Positions 39,449 to 51,389 are shown, numbered from the stretch's first letter. The stretch is DNA of 64,000 bases from an uncultured Alphaproteobacteria bacterium (GCA_902569865.1 CACFVT010000002.1:4638-68637); one strand, 5' to 3'. Program-made: numbers and translations. The notes: generated by a model not told the origin, from the letters alone.

Positions 39449-41005
39449 ATGACTGAGAAAATATATATATTTGATACAACTTTAAGAGATGGTGAGCAAT
39501 CACCAGGAGCATCTATGAATTTAGATGAGAAGCTGCAAATTGCTGAAGTTTTAGATTCCATGAAAGTGGATATTATTGAAGCTGGATTTCCTATTGCATC
39601 AAATGGAGACTTTGAAGCTGTTAGAGAAGTAAGTAAAAAAGTTAAAAATTCAACAATAGCTGGTTTAGCAAGAGCTAGTTTGAAAGATATTGATAGAGCT
39701 TGGGAAGCTGTCCAGCATGCAAAATCACCTCGAATACATACTTTTATAGCAACTAGTCCACTTCATATGAGGTATAAACTTAAAAAAACTGAAGAAGAAG
39801 TATTAGAAGCAATCTATCAGACTGTATCTCATGCAAGAAATTTATGTGAAAACATTGAGTGGAGTTGTGAAGATGGTGGCAGATCAGAATTAGAATTTCT
39901 TTATAAATGCATTGAACTTGCAATTAATTGTGGTGCATCCACAATTAATATTCCAGATACTGTAGGATATACTTTACCAGAAGAGTTTGGTAAAATTTTT
40001 AAAAACGTAAAAAATAATGTGCCAAATATAGACAAGGCAATATTATCAACCCATACTCATAATGATCTTGGATTAGCCACAGCAAATAATGTGGCTGCAA
40101 TTAAAGAAGGGGCCAGACAGGTTGAATGCACAATAAATGGCATGGGAGAAAGAGCAGGTAACTCATCTCTGGAAGAAATAGTAATGACTTTAAGAGTTAA
40201 AAAAGATTTGATGCCCTATCATACAGATATAAAAACTGATCTTATTATGAAAGCGTCAAGATTAGTTTCTTCAATTACCGGATTTCCAGTACAGCCAAAT
40301 AAAGCAATTGTGGGAGCGAATGCTTTTGCCCATGAAGCTGGAATTCATCAAGATGGAATGCTCAAACATGCTGGCACATATGAAATAATGACACCTGAGT
40401 CTATTGGCCTAAATAAATCTTCATTAGTATTAGGAAAACATTCAGGAAAACACGCTTTTTCAGAAAAATTAAAAGAATTAGGATATGAACCTGGAGATAA
40501 TGCATTAATGGAATTGTTTGGTAGATTTAAAGATTTAGCTGATAAGAAAAAAGAAATTTTTGAAGAGGATCTTATTGCCCTAGCGGAGGATCGCTCAGCA
40601 TCTTATGATGAACACATAAAATTTGTATCCTTAGATGTTAATGCGGGTTCTGTAAAAAAACATGAAGCAAACTTAAAAATAGAAATGGATGAAGAAGTAA
40701 AAGTAATTAAAGATTTTGGTAATGGTCCTGTTGACGCTACATTTAATGCAATTAAAAAGCTTACTTCTACTAATTTTAAGTTAAAGCTATATCAAGTTAA
40801 TGCTATCACAGCTGGTACTGATGCCCAAGGCGAGGTAACAGTTCGTTTAGAAGATGACGACTTATCCTCTCAAGCCAAAGGAAGTGACCCTGATATCATC
40901 GTTGCTTCTGCTAAAGCTTATATAAGTGCATTAAATAGATTATTATTTAAAAAAACTAAATCAATTGAAAAAAAATCTGCAGAAATAAAAATAGAAGGAG
41001 TATAG
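39449..41005 (+). CDS. leuA: 2-isopropylmalate synthase
   Basis: Contains IFDTTLRDGEQSPG, HTHNDLGLA and a C-terminal LeuA dimerisation/regulatory domain. Confidence 0.9.
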   Translation: MTEKIYIFDTTLRDGEQSPGASMNLDEKLQIAEVLDSMKVDIIEAGFPIASNGDFEAVREVSKKVKNSTIAGLARASLKDIDRAWEAVQHAKSPRIHTFIATSPLHMRYKLKKTEEEVLEAIYQTVSHARNLCENIEWSCEDGGRSELEFLYKCIELAINCGASTINIPDTVGYTLPEEFGKIFKNVKNNVPNIDKAILSTHTHNDLGLATANNVAAIKEGARQVECTINGMGERAGNSSLEEIVMTLRVKKDLMPYHTDIKTDLIMKASRLVSSITGFPVQPNKAIVGANAFAHEAGIHQDGMLKHAGTYEIMTPESIGLNKSSLVLGKHSGKHAFSEKLKELGYEPGDNALMELFGRFKDLADKKKEIFEEDLIALAEDRSASYDEHIKFVSLDVNAGSVKKHEANLKIEMDEEVKVIKDFGNGPVDATFNAIKKLTSTNFKLKLYQVNAITAGTDAQGEVTVRLEDDDLSSQAKGSDPDIIVASAKAYISALNRLLFKKTKSIEKKSAEIKIEGV

Positions 41006-42052
<1,047 letters not shown>

Positions 42053-42057
42053 GCTCT

Positions 42058-42879
42058 ATGGCACTATCTTTTAAAGTTAAAGCAATATCTCGAAAAAGGT
42101 TTATAAAAAATATATTCCTATCTTTTATTTTTTTATCGTCTTTTCTTTTAATTTTATTTTCCAAATCTGATTATTTTGTTATTAATAAATTTAAATCAAT
42201 ATCAAATACTTATCTTCATCCAATTACTTCTTTTGTTACAACACCTTTAAAAGTTGCCTCTAATTTACAAACTCAATTTTATGAATTTAGAAATTTAAAA
42301 GTGGAAAACAAGATTCTTAAAGAAGAAATTATGCGCTTAAAAAAATGGCAAGCCTTAGCTATTCATAATAGTTCTGAAAATAGAGTGTTAAAAAAACTTC
42401 TTAACGCTACTAATAATAACTTATCTTTAGTAAAAACAGCGTCTATTTTGACTAGAAATGACTTTCTTTATAGTAAAATGGTTAAAATTAATGCTGGACT
42501 AAAAGATGGAGTTATAAAAGAAATGGCTGTTATAAACCACAGAGGCCTTGTTGGAAGAACAGTAGATACCTCAATCAATAATTCAAAGGTATTATTATTA
42601 ACAGACCCTAACTCTTCGATTTCGATTAAAACAATCTCTAATGAAAATCATTCTCTTGTTAGAGGTGCTGATGATGGTGTGCATTTAGTAAGTGCCTTTA
42701 TAAAAGATGAGAAAATGCCAAAAGTTGGTGATTTAGTTGTTACAAGTGGAAGTGCACAAGTTTTTCCTGCTGATATTTTAGTTGGTAAAATTGTAAAGAT
42801 TATAAAAAATAATTTTTATGTTTTACCTTTTGTTAATTTTAAAAACATTGACTATGTGCAAGTTGTTGAAACTAAATAA
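42058..42879 (+). CDS. mreC: Rod shape-determining protein MreC
   Basis: Transmembrane helix, coiled coil (ENKILKEEIMRLK) and beta-rich C-terminal domains, located between mreB and mreD. Confidence 0.7.
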   Translation: MALSFKVKAISRKRFIKNIFLSFIFLSSFLLILFSKSDYFVINKFKSISNTYLHPITSFVTTPLKVASNLQTQFYEFRNLKVENKILKEEIMRLKKWQALAIHNSSENRVLKKLLNATNNNLSLVKTASILTRNDFLYSKMVKINAGLKDGVIKEMAVINHRGLVGRTVDTSINNSKVLLLTDPNSSISIKTISNENHSLVRGADDGVHLVSAFIKDEKMPKVGDLVVTSGSAQVFPADILVGKIVKIIKNNFYVLPFVNFKNIDYVQVVETK

Positions 42880-43367
42880 TGTTATCAAAGCTACTTAGTA
42901 GTCAAATAATCATTTATCATTGTATTCTATTTTTTTCTTTCTCCTTAAGTGTAAATTATTTTGTTGATTTAGAGATTGTAAATTATTTAGCTTATGTTTG
43001 TTTTCATTTGACTTTAATTTATTTATTTTTTTATTTTTTTCATTTTTCTCATATTTTTGTAACTTTTTTATATGCTATTTTTTTTGATATTTTTTTAGTT
43101 GATAGTATTTCACCTCACTTAATTACATTTTTAGCATTTGTTGTATTATTTTATTTTACAAAAAAATATTTATTTAATTTATCTTCAAGTAATGTTTCTT
43201 ATATTATTTTTATTTTAACGCTTATAATGTTTATTTCAGAAGCGTTGATTGCTAATTTACAATTTAATTATCCAATAAATTTTGAAAATTTTTTATGGAT
43301 ATTTATTACATTTATTATTATTTTTTATCCTACTTTATTGGTATTTTCTAAAATAGATAAATTGTAA
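42879..43367 (+). CDS. mreD: Rod shape-determining protein MreD
   Basis: A 162-aa very hydrophobic polytopic protein in the canonical position. Sequence conservation is low. Confidence 0.55.
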   Translation: MLSKLLSSQIIIYHCILFFSFSLSVNYFVDLEIVNYLAYVCFHLTLIYLFFYFFHFSHIFVTFLYAIFFDIFLVDSISPHLITFLAFVVLFYFTKKYLFNLSSSNVSYIIFILTLIMFISEALIANLQFNYPINFENFLWIFITFIIIFYPTLLVFSKIDKL

Positions 43368-45166
43368 TGTTTTATTCAGAGCAAAAAAAACAAATTACTA
43401 CATACAATCGACGTACATTTTTTTTATTTTTATTAAAACTTTCTTTATTTACTGCTGTAGGTTGGCGTATATATAATATACAAATATTAGACTCATCTAA
43501 ATATGAAACTTTATCTAAAAAAAATCAAATAGATCTTGAAATAATTTTTCCTTTAAGAGGTAAAATTTTTGATAGAAATAATATACTAATTGCCGATAAT
43601 GAAAAAGTTTATGATGTTTATTTAATTCCTGAAAACACAAAATCTATAAACAATACATTGAATTCATTATCTAAATTTATTGATATTGATTTTGCAAAAA
43701 GAAGAAAAATTATACAATTGACTTCTAAGGTAAAAAAATTTGAAAAAATTAAAATATTTGAAAATATTTCATGGTCAAATTTAGAAAAAATTGAAACTAA
43801 TAAATATAATCTAGAAGGAATATTTATAGCCGAAGACCATTTAAGGATTTATCCATATAAAGAAGTATTTTCCCATTTATTAGGCTATATTAGTAAACCT
43901 AATCAAAAAGAGCTTTCCTTGCCCTTTATTTCAAAAATGCCTAATCTTGATATAGGAAAAGAAGGATTGGAAAAATCCTTTAATCCATTACTTGTAGGCA
44001 AAGCTGGACAAAGAGAAATTGAAGTAAATTCTTCAGGAAGAGTAATAAGAGAAATTTCAAAAGTTGATAGTATACAAGGAAAAGAACTGCATTTATCTTT
44101 AGATTTACGTATACAGGAATACGCAGTAAATTTACTTCAATCTTACAGAGCTGGGTCTATTAATGTAATTAATATCAAGAATGGTGAAATTTTGTGTATG
44201 GCTTCTACACCAACATATGATCCTAATAAAATAATCAAAAAACCTAATAAGGAATATTGGGATAGTATCTTATCAAACTCTCTATCACCACTAACTAATA
44301 GAAGCCTTCAGGGGCTATACTCTCCAGGATCTACTTTTAAAATGATCGTAGCAATAGCTGCGCTTAAATACGGAGTTATTAGTTCTAAATCAACACACTC
44401 ATGTAGTGGCAAAATTGAATTTGGTGATAGATTATACCATTGCTGGAAAACAAATGGTCATGGTAAAATGGATGTTACAAATGCAATTACGCAATCTTGC
44501 GATGTATTTTTTTATGAAATATCAAAAAAACTAGGAATAGATAAAATTGCAAAAGTTGCTGAAGATTTTGGTTTAGGTCAGATCTTTGATATTTCGATGC
44601 CTAATCAAAAAAAAGGAATAATTCCATCAAAAAAATGGAAAAAAACTACGTTAGGTGAAAGTTGGTATGCTGGAGAAACATTAATTTCAGGTATAGGACA
44701 AGGCTTTGTTTTAACAAGCCCTTTTCAACTTGCTGTAATGACATCCATTATTGCATCTGATGGTAAAATAGTAGAACCAACAATACTTAAAAGTAAGAAT
44801 ATAAATTTTAAAACTAATTCCAAATACTCAGATGAAATCAAAATAATTAAAAAAGCCATGTTCAATGTAGTTAATATAAATAAAGGCACTGCTTTTAAAT
44901 CACGATTACAGGATGTTAAATTTTCTGGGAAAACAGGAACATCGCAAGTACGAAGTATTTCTTTATCAGAGAGAGAAAGTGATGAGTTTAGAAAAAAAGA
45001 ACAAGAATGGAAAAAAAGAGATCACGCTCTATTCGTTGGCTATATACCATATGACGATCCACAATATGCTATTTCTGTAATAATCGAACATGGTGGCTCA
45101 GGTGCTTCTACTGCTGCCCCAATTGCAAAACAGGTTTTTAACTATATTCACAAATTAAATTTATGA
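43367..45166 (+). CDS. mrdA: Peptidoglycan D,D-transpeptidase MrdA (PBP2)
   Basis: Contains SPGSTFK, SCDVFFY and GKTGTSQV, and lies upstream of rodA. Confidence 0.85.
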   Translation: MFYSEQKKQITTYNRRTFFLFLLKLSLFTAVGWRIYNIQILDSSKYETLSKKNQIDLEIIFPLRGKIFDRNNILIADNEKVYDVYLIPENTKSINNTLNSLSKFIDIDFAKRRKIIQLTSKVKKFEKIKIFENISWSNLEKIETNKYNLEGIFIAEDHLRIYPYKEVFSHLLGYISKPNQKELSLPFISKMPNLDIGKEGLEKSFNPLLVGKAGQREIEVNSSGRVIREISKVDSIQGKELHLSLDLRIQEYAVNLLQSYRAGSINVINIKNGEILCMASTPTYDPNKIIKKPNKEYWDSILSNSLSPLTNRSLQGLYSPGSTFKMIVAIAALKYGVISSKSTHSCSGKIEFGDRLYHCWKTNGHGKMDVTNAITQSCDVFFYEISKKLGIDKIAKVAEDFGLGQIFDISMPNQKKGIIPSKKWKKTTLGESWYAGETLISGIGQGFVLTSPFQLAVMTSIIASDGKIVEPTILKSKNINFKTNSKYSDEIKIIKKAMFNVVNINKGTAFKSRLQDVKFSGKTGTSQVRSISLSERESDEFRKKEQEWKKRDHALFVGYIPYDDPQYAISVIIEHGGSGASTAAPIAKQVFNYIHKLNL

Positions 45167-46263
45167 TATTCCAAAAATTAAAAAATTTAAATTACTTACT
45201 TATTTTTTTGCTTATACTTTTATCTTTTATAGGGGCAGCAGGTTTGTATTCTGCTGCTGATGGATCTTATCAGCCATGGGCATCTAGACATTTAATTAGG
45301 TTTTATGTTTTTCTTCTAATTGCTATAGTTATAAGTATTATTGATATAAAATTAATTTATAAATATTGTTATCTTTTATTTATAATCAGTTTATTATTAC
45401 TTATTTCTGTTGAGGTAATTGGAGTACTTGGTAAAGGAGCTACGAGATGGATTCGAATATTTGGTTTAAGCATTCAACCCTCTGAAATTGTTAAGATAAC
45501 AATTATTTTAGCATTGGCAAAATTTTATAACGATATAAAATTTGAAAATGTTAAAAAAATAAGCTACTTATTTTTTCCATTCTTAATATTAATCATCCCA
45601 TTTATTTTTGTTGTAATACAACCTGACTTAGGAACTTCACTTAGTATAATTACGCTTGGTATTTTCATTCTTTTTATTGTTGGAATAAGGTTATGGAAAT
45701 TTATACTTGGTTTTATAGCTACTATTATTTCTATACCTATCCTTTTACAGTTTATTAAACCTTATCAAAGAGAACGTATAATTTCATTTCTAAATCCTGA
45801 ATCAGATCCTCTTGGCCAAGGGTATCAATTAATCCAATCAAAAATTGCTCTTGGTTCAGGAGGCTCAACTGGGAAAGGTTTTTTGCAAGGAACGCAATCA
45901 TATCTTGAATATCTTCCAGAAAAGCAAACAGATTTTATCTTTACTCTTATAGGAGAGGAATTTGGATTTCTAGGAACAATATTTATTATTTTTCTTTTTG
46001 TTTTGTTAATAGCTGTTTGTTACTTTATCAGCTTTAAATGTTTTCATTCCTTTGGAAAGATTCTAGCTTTAGGAGTAGCATCAAATATTTTTATTTATGT
46101 TTTTATGAATATTGCTATGGTATCAGGTCTATTGCCTGTTGTAGGTATTCCTTTACCTCTTATTTCTTATGGCGGATCAGTAATGTTATCAATAATGATA
46201 TCAATGGGGTTAGTGTTAAATGTTGATCTTAATTATAATTTAAAAAAATTAAACAATGCTTAA
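45163..46263 (+). CDS. rodA: Peptidoglycan glycosyltransferase RodA (SEDS family)
   Basis: Contains QPSE, QPDLGT, TDFIF and PLPLISYGGS. Confidence 0.85.
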   Translation: MIFQKLKNLNYLLIFLLILLSFIGAAGLYSAADGSYQPWASRHLIRFYVFLLIAIVISIIDIKLIYKYCYLLFIISLLLLISVEVIGVLGKGATRWIRIFGLSIQPSEIVKITIILALAKFYNDIKFENVKKISYLFFPFLILIIPFIFVVIQPDLGTSLSIITLGIFILFIVGIRLWKFILGFIATIISIPILLQFIKPYQRERIISFLNPESDPLGQGYQLIQSKIALGSGGSTGKGFLQGTQSYLEYLPEKQTDFIFTLIGEEFGFLGTIFIIFLFVLLIAVCYFISFKCFHSFGKILALGVASNIFIYVFMNIAMVSGLLPVVGIPLPLISYGGSVMLSIMISMGLVLNVDLNYNLKKLNNA

Positions 46264-47026
46264 AATAAAAAATTTAAATAAAAGCTTTGGTGGTTTAAAA
46301 GCTGTAAATAATGTTAATCTTGAAGTAAAAAAAAACTCTATTACAGGATTAATTGGACCGAACGGAGCAGGTAAAACTACATTATTTAACACAATTGCTG
46401 GTGTCTATGAGCCTGAAATTGGTGAGATATATCTTGAGGATAAAAATATAGCTAGATTAAAACCTCATGAATTGTTCAATATGGGAGTTTTAAGAACTTT
46501 TCAAATTGCTCATGAGTTTTCATCTTTGACAGTATTAGAAAACTTAATGATGGTTCCTGGCAATCAACGAGGAGAAAAATTAATTTATGCATTATTTGGT
46601 GATAAAGTTGTTAGACAACAAGAAGAAGAAATTCGAGCTAAAGCAATTGAGGTTATAGAATTTCTAAATTTAAAACATCTTACACAAGAAATAGCTGGAA
46701 ATTTATCTGGAGGTCAAAAAAAATTATTGGAACTTGGTAGGACAATGATGGTTGAAGCAAATTTAGTTTTATTAGATGAGGTTGGGGCAGGAGTAAACAG
46801 AACTCTTTTAAATGAAATTTCTGACGCAATAATAAGGTTAAATAAAGAACGAAATTATACTTTTTTTGTAATTGAGCATGATATGGAGTTAATAGAAAAA
46901 ATTTGTGACCCAGTAATAGTAATGGCGGAGGGAGGTGTACTGTTTGAGGGAAACTTTTCTCAAGTAAAGTCAAATGAAGAAGTAATAGAAGCATATTTAG
47001 GTAGAGGTTTAAAAAATAAAAAATAA
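46256..47026 (+). CDS. livG: Branched-chain amino acid ABC transporter ATP-binding protein (LivG-like)
   Basis: Walker A GPNGAGKTT, signature LSGGQKKLLE, Walker B LLDE. Confidence 0.8.
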   Translation: MLKIKNLNKSFGGLKAVNNVNLEVKKNSITGLIGPNGAGKTTLFNTIAGVYEPEIGEIYLEDKNIARLKPHELFNMGVLRTFQIAHEFSSLTVLENLMMVPGNQRGEKLIYALFGDKVVRQQEEEIRAKAIEVIEFLNLKHLTQEIAGNLSGGQKKLLELGRTMMVEANLVLLDEVGAGVNRTLLNEISDAIIRLNKERNYTFFVIEHDMELIEKICDPVIVMAEGGVLFEGNFSQVKSNEEVIEAYLGRGLKNKK

Positions 47027-47730
47027 TGATTAGTTTAGTGGGTAATAATTTAACAGCAGGGTATGGTGGGGTTGATATAATTAAAAATATTACTTTAGAA
47101 GTTAAGCAAGGAGAAATAGCTGTCATTGTTGGACCTAATGGAGCTGGAAAATCAACAGCAATGAAAGCTTTATTAGGAATGCTTAAATTAACGGATGGAT
47201 CAGTGAGTTTTGCAAATGATGATATAACTTTGATGCTTCCTCAAGATCGTGTTAATTTAGGAATAGCTTTCGTCCCTCAGACGAATAATGTTTTTACAGG
47301 AATGACTGTCGAAGAAAATTTAGAGATGGGTGGATTTATAAGATCTGATGATATTCATCATACTATTGAAGATATTTACAATCTTTTTCCCGTACTAAAA
47401 GAAAAAAGAAATCAGAATGCAGGTGAATTATCAGGTGGTCAACGTCAACAAGTTGCATTTGGAAGAGCCTTAATGACAAAACCAAAAATTTTAATGCTAG
47501 ATGAACCAACTGCTGGTGTATCACCCATTGTGATGGATGAGCTTTTTGCACGAATTATTGAAGTAGGGAAAACAGGTGTTGGAATTTTAATGGTTGAGCA
47601 AAATGCAAAACAAGCACTAAACATTGCTGATAGAGGTTATGTATTAGTTAATGGAAAACATAGTAGAGAAGGTAGTGGGCAAGATTTACTCAATAATCCT
47701 GAAGTAAGAAAATCTTTTTTAGGGGGTTAA
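47026..47730 (+). CDS. livF: Branched-chain amino acid ABC transporter ATP-binding protein (LivF-like)
   Basis: Contains GPNGAGKST, LSGGQRQQVA and MLDEPT. Confidence 0.8.
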   Translation: MISLVGNNLTAGYGGVDIIKNITLEVKQGEIAVIVGPNGAGKSTAMKALLGMLKLTDGSVSFANDDITLMLPQDRVNLGIAFVPQTNNVFTGMTVEENLEMGGFIRSDDIHHTIEDIYNLFPVLKEKRNQNAGELSGGQRQQVAFGRALMTKPKILMLDEPTAGVSPIVMDELFARIIEVGKTGVGILMVEQNAKQALNIADRGYVLVNGKHSREGSGQDLLNNPEVRKSFLGG

Positions 47731-47731
47731 T

Positions 47732-48745
47732 ATGGTTGATTTTATTAATTCTATTGTTGTTCTCCTTAATTTTGTTATCATCCCAGGATTGTCCTATGGC
47801 TCTCAATTAGCATTAGGTGCCTTAGGTGTTACATTTGTTTACGCTATATTAAGATTTGCTAACTTTGCACACGGTGAACTAATGTCATTTGGTGCTATGA
47901 TTACAATTCTATTTACATGGTTTTTTCAATCACAAAATATTGGTTTAGGTATTCTTCCTACAGCACTAATTGCATTACCATTTGGAATTTTAGCTACAAT
48001 TGTCCTAGGTTTACTCTCAGATAAATTTGTCTTTAAATATTACCGCACACAAAAGAGTGTCCCAGTTGTATTGGCTATGGTTTCGATTGGTGTTATGTTT
48101 GTAGTGAATGCGATTATTAGGATTATAGTTGGAACTGAAACTATTAAATTTTCTGATGGACAAAAATTCATCATGAAAGCGAAACAATTTAAAGTAATGA
48201 CAGGATTAAATGAGGGACTAGCCTTAAAATCTTCTCAAGTTATTACTATTCTCATTACTATTGCTCTACTAACTTTTACTTTTTGGTTTTTACAAAAAAC
48301 AAAGACTGGAAAATCAATGCGTGCTTTCTCAGATAATGAAGATTTGGCACTACTATCTGGTATCAATCCTGACCGCGTTGTATTTATTACGTGGTTAATT
48401 GTGGGAACATTAGCGTGTGTTGCGGGAACATTATATGGATTGGATAAAAGTTATAAGCCCATCATTTATTTAAATCTGGTGTTACCTATATTTGCTTCTG
48501 CTATCGTAGGAGGCATAGGAAGTCCTTTTGGAGCAGTCGTTGGTGGATATGTGATTGCCTTTTCAGAAATCATGGTCACTTACGCATACAAAAAATTCTT
48601 TAAATATTTATTACCAGAAAATTTAGAGCCATCGAGTCTTGTACAACTGCTCTCTACTGATTATAAATTTGCAGTCTCTTTTACTATTCTTGTAATTGTG
48701 CTTTTAATTAGGCCGTCAGGTATTTTTAGAGGAAAGGTTCTATAA
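47732..48745 (+). CDS. livH: Branched-chain amino acid ABC transporter permease (LivH-like)
   Basis: Polytopic protein with the pattern LNFVIIPGLSYGSQLALGALGVTFVY...ANFAHGE, typical of the LivH/BraD family. Confidence 0.8.
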   Translation: MVDFINSIVVLLNFVIIPGLSYGSQLALGALGVTFVYAILRFANFAHGELMSFGAMITILFTWFFQSQNIGLGILPTALIALPFGILATIVLGLLSDKFVFKYYRTQKSVPVVLAMVSIGVMFVVNAIIRIIVGTETIKFSDGQKFIMKAKQFKVMTGLNEGLALKSSQVITILITIALLTFTFWFLQKTKTGKSMRAFSDNEDLALLSGINPDRVVFITWLIVGTLACVAGTLYGLDKSYKPIIYLNLVLPIFASAIVGGIGSPFGAVVGGYVIAFSEIMVTYAYKKFFKYLLPENLEPSSLVQLLSTDYKFAVSFTILVIVLLIRPSGIFRGKVL

Positions 48746-50115
48746 TGAGATTTGATAAATATGAATGGACAGCAATATCCATCATGGTGTTTTTATTTAT
48801 TATTGTTGGTTTTGTTCAAGGGTGGTCAGTCAGTTTAGTTATTCTTAATATGTGTATTATCTCTGCAATTATGACGATGGGAGTTAATATTTCATGGGGG
48901 TACGCGGGTGTTATTAATTTTGGTGTCATGGGTTTTTTAGCAATGGGCGGTTTAGCAGCTGTGCTTGTATCGTATCCACCAATCAAAGAAGCTTGGCACG
49001 TTGGTGGATCAGGACTTGGAATAAGTTTTGTCTTATTAATTGGTTTAGTTATAGCAGTATATTTTATTAACAAATTAGTAGAAAAAAAATCTCATAAATA
49101 TTGGTTAAACGCCTTAGTTATTTTTTTTGGGGTTATTATCATTAGATATTTCTTCCTAAATGCCACAAATAAAATTGAAGAAGTTGATCCTGCTTTGGCA
49201 GGATTTTTAGGTGGAGCTAATTTACCAATCATCTTTTCTTGGGCTGTTGGAGGTTTCTTTGCAGGTGGTGTAGCATTTCTCATTGGAAAAGTAGCGCTAG
49301 GTTTACGCTCTGATTATTTAGCTATTGTAACGCTTGGTATATCGGAGATTGTTGTTAGTGTTCTTAAACATGAGGAGTGGTTATCACGAGGTGTTAAAAA
49401 TGTTATTGGTCTTAAAAGACCTGTTCCCTATGAGATTAATCTCCAAGCTTCTGATTGGTTTATTAATATGGTGACATGGTTTAATTCATCAAAACTAAAT
49501 CAAATTATGGATCCTGATCAAAAACAAGAAATGTTAAATAATTTAATAATTGATAGCTCAAGTTTATTTGTGAAACTCAATTACGCCATCTTATTTTTCA
49601 TTGTGATGATTGTAATTTACTATTTTGCCAATAAAGCACAAATATCTCCTTGGGGTCGAATGATGCGTGCTATTCGTGATAATGAAGTCTCAGCAAACGC
49701 GATGGGTAAAGACATTGTGAAACAGCATCTAATTATTTTTGTCATTGGTGCAGCAATTGTAGGCATAGCGGGGGCAATGCTTGTAACATTAGATGGTTTG
49801 TTCACACCCTCCGGTTATAGACCACTTCGTTTTACTTTTATTATTTGGATCATGGTAATTGTTGGAGGGAGTGGTAATAATCTTGGTGCTATTTTTGGAG
49901 GATTTGTGATTTGGTTTGCGTGGATTGAAGTAGCGCCACTAACAACATTTTTAATTAATTTATTTACTTCAGGACTTGATCCACAAAATGCTATTCGTTT
50001 ACATTTATTAGATAGTGTTCCATATTTTAGGTATTTATTAATGGGGATGGTATTACTTCTCATACTGCGATATCGTCCGAAAGGTATTATCCCTGAAAAA
50101 GTAAGACATTCATAG
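48745..50115 (+). CDS. livM: Branched-chain amino acid ABC transporter permease (LivM-like, extended)
   Basis: Polytopic protein with GYAGVINFG and MRAIRDNEVSANAMG motifs. At 456 aa it is longer than a typical LivM. Confidence 0.75.
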   Translation: MRFDKYEWTAISIMVFLFIIVGFVQGWSVSLVILNMCIISAIMTMGVNISWGYAGVINFGVMGFLAMGGLAAVLVSYPPIKEAWHVGGSGLGISFVLLIGLVIAVYFINKLVEKKSHKYWLNALVIFFGVIIIRYFFLNATNKIEEVDPALAGFLGGANLPIIFSWAVGGFFAGGVAFLIGKVALGLRSDYLAIVTLGISEIVVSVLKHEEWLSRGVKNVIGLKRPVPYEINLQASDWFINMVTWFNSSKLNQIMDPDQKQEMLNNLIIDSSSLFVKLNYAILFFIVMIVIYYFANKAQISPWGRMMRAIRDNEVSANAMGKDIVKQHLIIFVIGAAIVGIAGAMLVTLDGLFTPSGYRPLRFTFIIWIMVIVGGSGNNLGAIFGGFVIWFAWIEVAPLTTFLINLFTSGLDPQNAIRLHLLDSVPYFRYLLMGMVLLLILRYRPKGIIPEKVRHS

Positions 50116-50150
50116 TAACTATTAAGGAGAAAAATAATTAAATTTTTAAT

Positions 50151-50181
50151 AAAAAAACCCAGCTTAATAAGCTGGGTTTTT
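50151..50181. terminator. Bidirectional intrinsic terminator between convergent livM and livJ-like genes
   Basis: AAAAAAA-CCCAGCTT-AAT-AAGCTGGG-TTTTT: an 8-bp GC-containing stem flanked by an A-run and a T-run. Confidence 0.6.
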
Positions 50182-50207
50182 AGAATTAAATTATTTAGTA
50201 AATAATA

Positions 50208-51389
50208 TTATAACGCACCTATTGTTACAAAAGCACCACCAGAAACTTCAAGTTCCTTAAAGGCACCAGCTGCATCACCAAATACGTTAAATTCAACATC
50301 AGTTGCACCTTGGTAATCAATATCATTACCAGCAGCTAACATTTGTAGTCCGTAAGCTAATTGACCTGGATTGATAACAACACCAGGAGCATTAGATACT
50401 TTACTAATATTACTCAAGATAGATTTTCTATCAGCAGATCCACCAGCTTGAATTGCAAGAGCAATAATCGCAGCAGCGTCATAAGACTCTCCTACGTAAG
50501 GTGCACTTCCATCCATGCCGTTAGCAGCTGCAAGGTCAGCAAATTTAGCAGAACCTTTAGAGATTGCACCTGGCATAGAACCAAATGAACCTTCAAGATC
50601 TGCACCAATGTTATCAACAATTGATTGACCAATCATACCATCAGATAGAACAAACGTATCAAAAGCACCAGAATCAAGAGATGCTTCAATCATACCTTTT
50701 CCACCATCGTCAATATAACCAATAACTAGTAGAGCATCACCACCAGCAGATGCTAAAACACCTACTTCAGATGAATAATCTGCTTTTCCGTCTTCATGTG
50801 AAGCGGAAGCAGTAATAGTTCCACCACCTGAAGCAAAAGCAGCTTCAAATACTTCGGCTAGACCTTTACCATAGTCATTGTTTGTGTAAGTTACAGCAAT
50901 ACTTTCAATACCTCTTTTAAGAGCTAAGTTAGCTAAAACTTTACCACCCATTGCATCAGATGGAGCAGTTCTCCAGAACGTTCCGTTATCAGCAATTTTA
51001 CTTAAACCAGGTGAAGTTGCAGAAGGAGATACCATAAGCACTCCATTCGGTACAGCTACGTTAGCATTGATTGCTCCAGTTACACCAGAACAGTCAGCGC
51101 CCATGATAGCAGATACACCGTCAGCAACTAGTTGTTCTGCAGCAGCCGTCGCAGCAGCAGAGTCAACACAAGTTGAGTCGGCTTCAAGTATTGTGAAAGT
51201 TTCACCACCAAGAAGGTTTCCAGAATTTGAAGCTTCTAGAAACGCCAATTTTGCTCCATCTCTCATAGCAGGAGTTAGAGATTCAATCGGACCTGTGAAA
51301 CCTAAAATAATACCAACTTTAATTTCAGCTAAAGCAGCAGTCGAAATAGACGACAAACTGATAATAGCTGCAACAAGTAATTTTTTCAT
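50208..51389 (-). CDS. Periplasmic branched-chain/hydrophobic amino acid-binding protein (LivJ/BraC family)
   Basis: Signal peptide MKKLLVAAIISLSSISTAALA followed by IKVGIILGFTGPIESL, a type I periplasmic-binding-protein pattern. Preceded by a GGAGG Shine-Dalgarno sequence. Confidence 0.8.
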   Translation of the reverse strand: MKKLLVAAIISLSSISTAALAEIKVGIILGFTGPIESLTPAMRDGAKLAFLEASNSGNLLGGETFTILEADSTCVDSAAATAAAEQLVADGVSAIMGADCSGVTGAINANVAVPNGVLMVSPSATSPGLSKIADNGTFWRTAPSDAMGGKVLANLALKRGIESIAVTYTNNDYGKGLAEVFEAAFASGGGTITASASHEDGKADYSSEVGVLASAGGDALLVIGYIDDGGKGMIEASLDSGAFDTFVLSDGMIGQSIVDNIGADLEGSFGSMPGAISKGSAKFADLAAANGMDGSAPYVGESYDAAAIIALAIQAGGSADRKSILSNISKVSNAPGVVINPGQLAYGLQMLAAGNDIDYQGATDVEFNVFGDAAGAFKELEVSGGAFVTIGAL

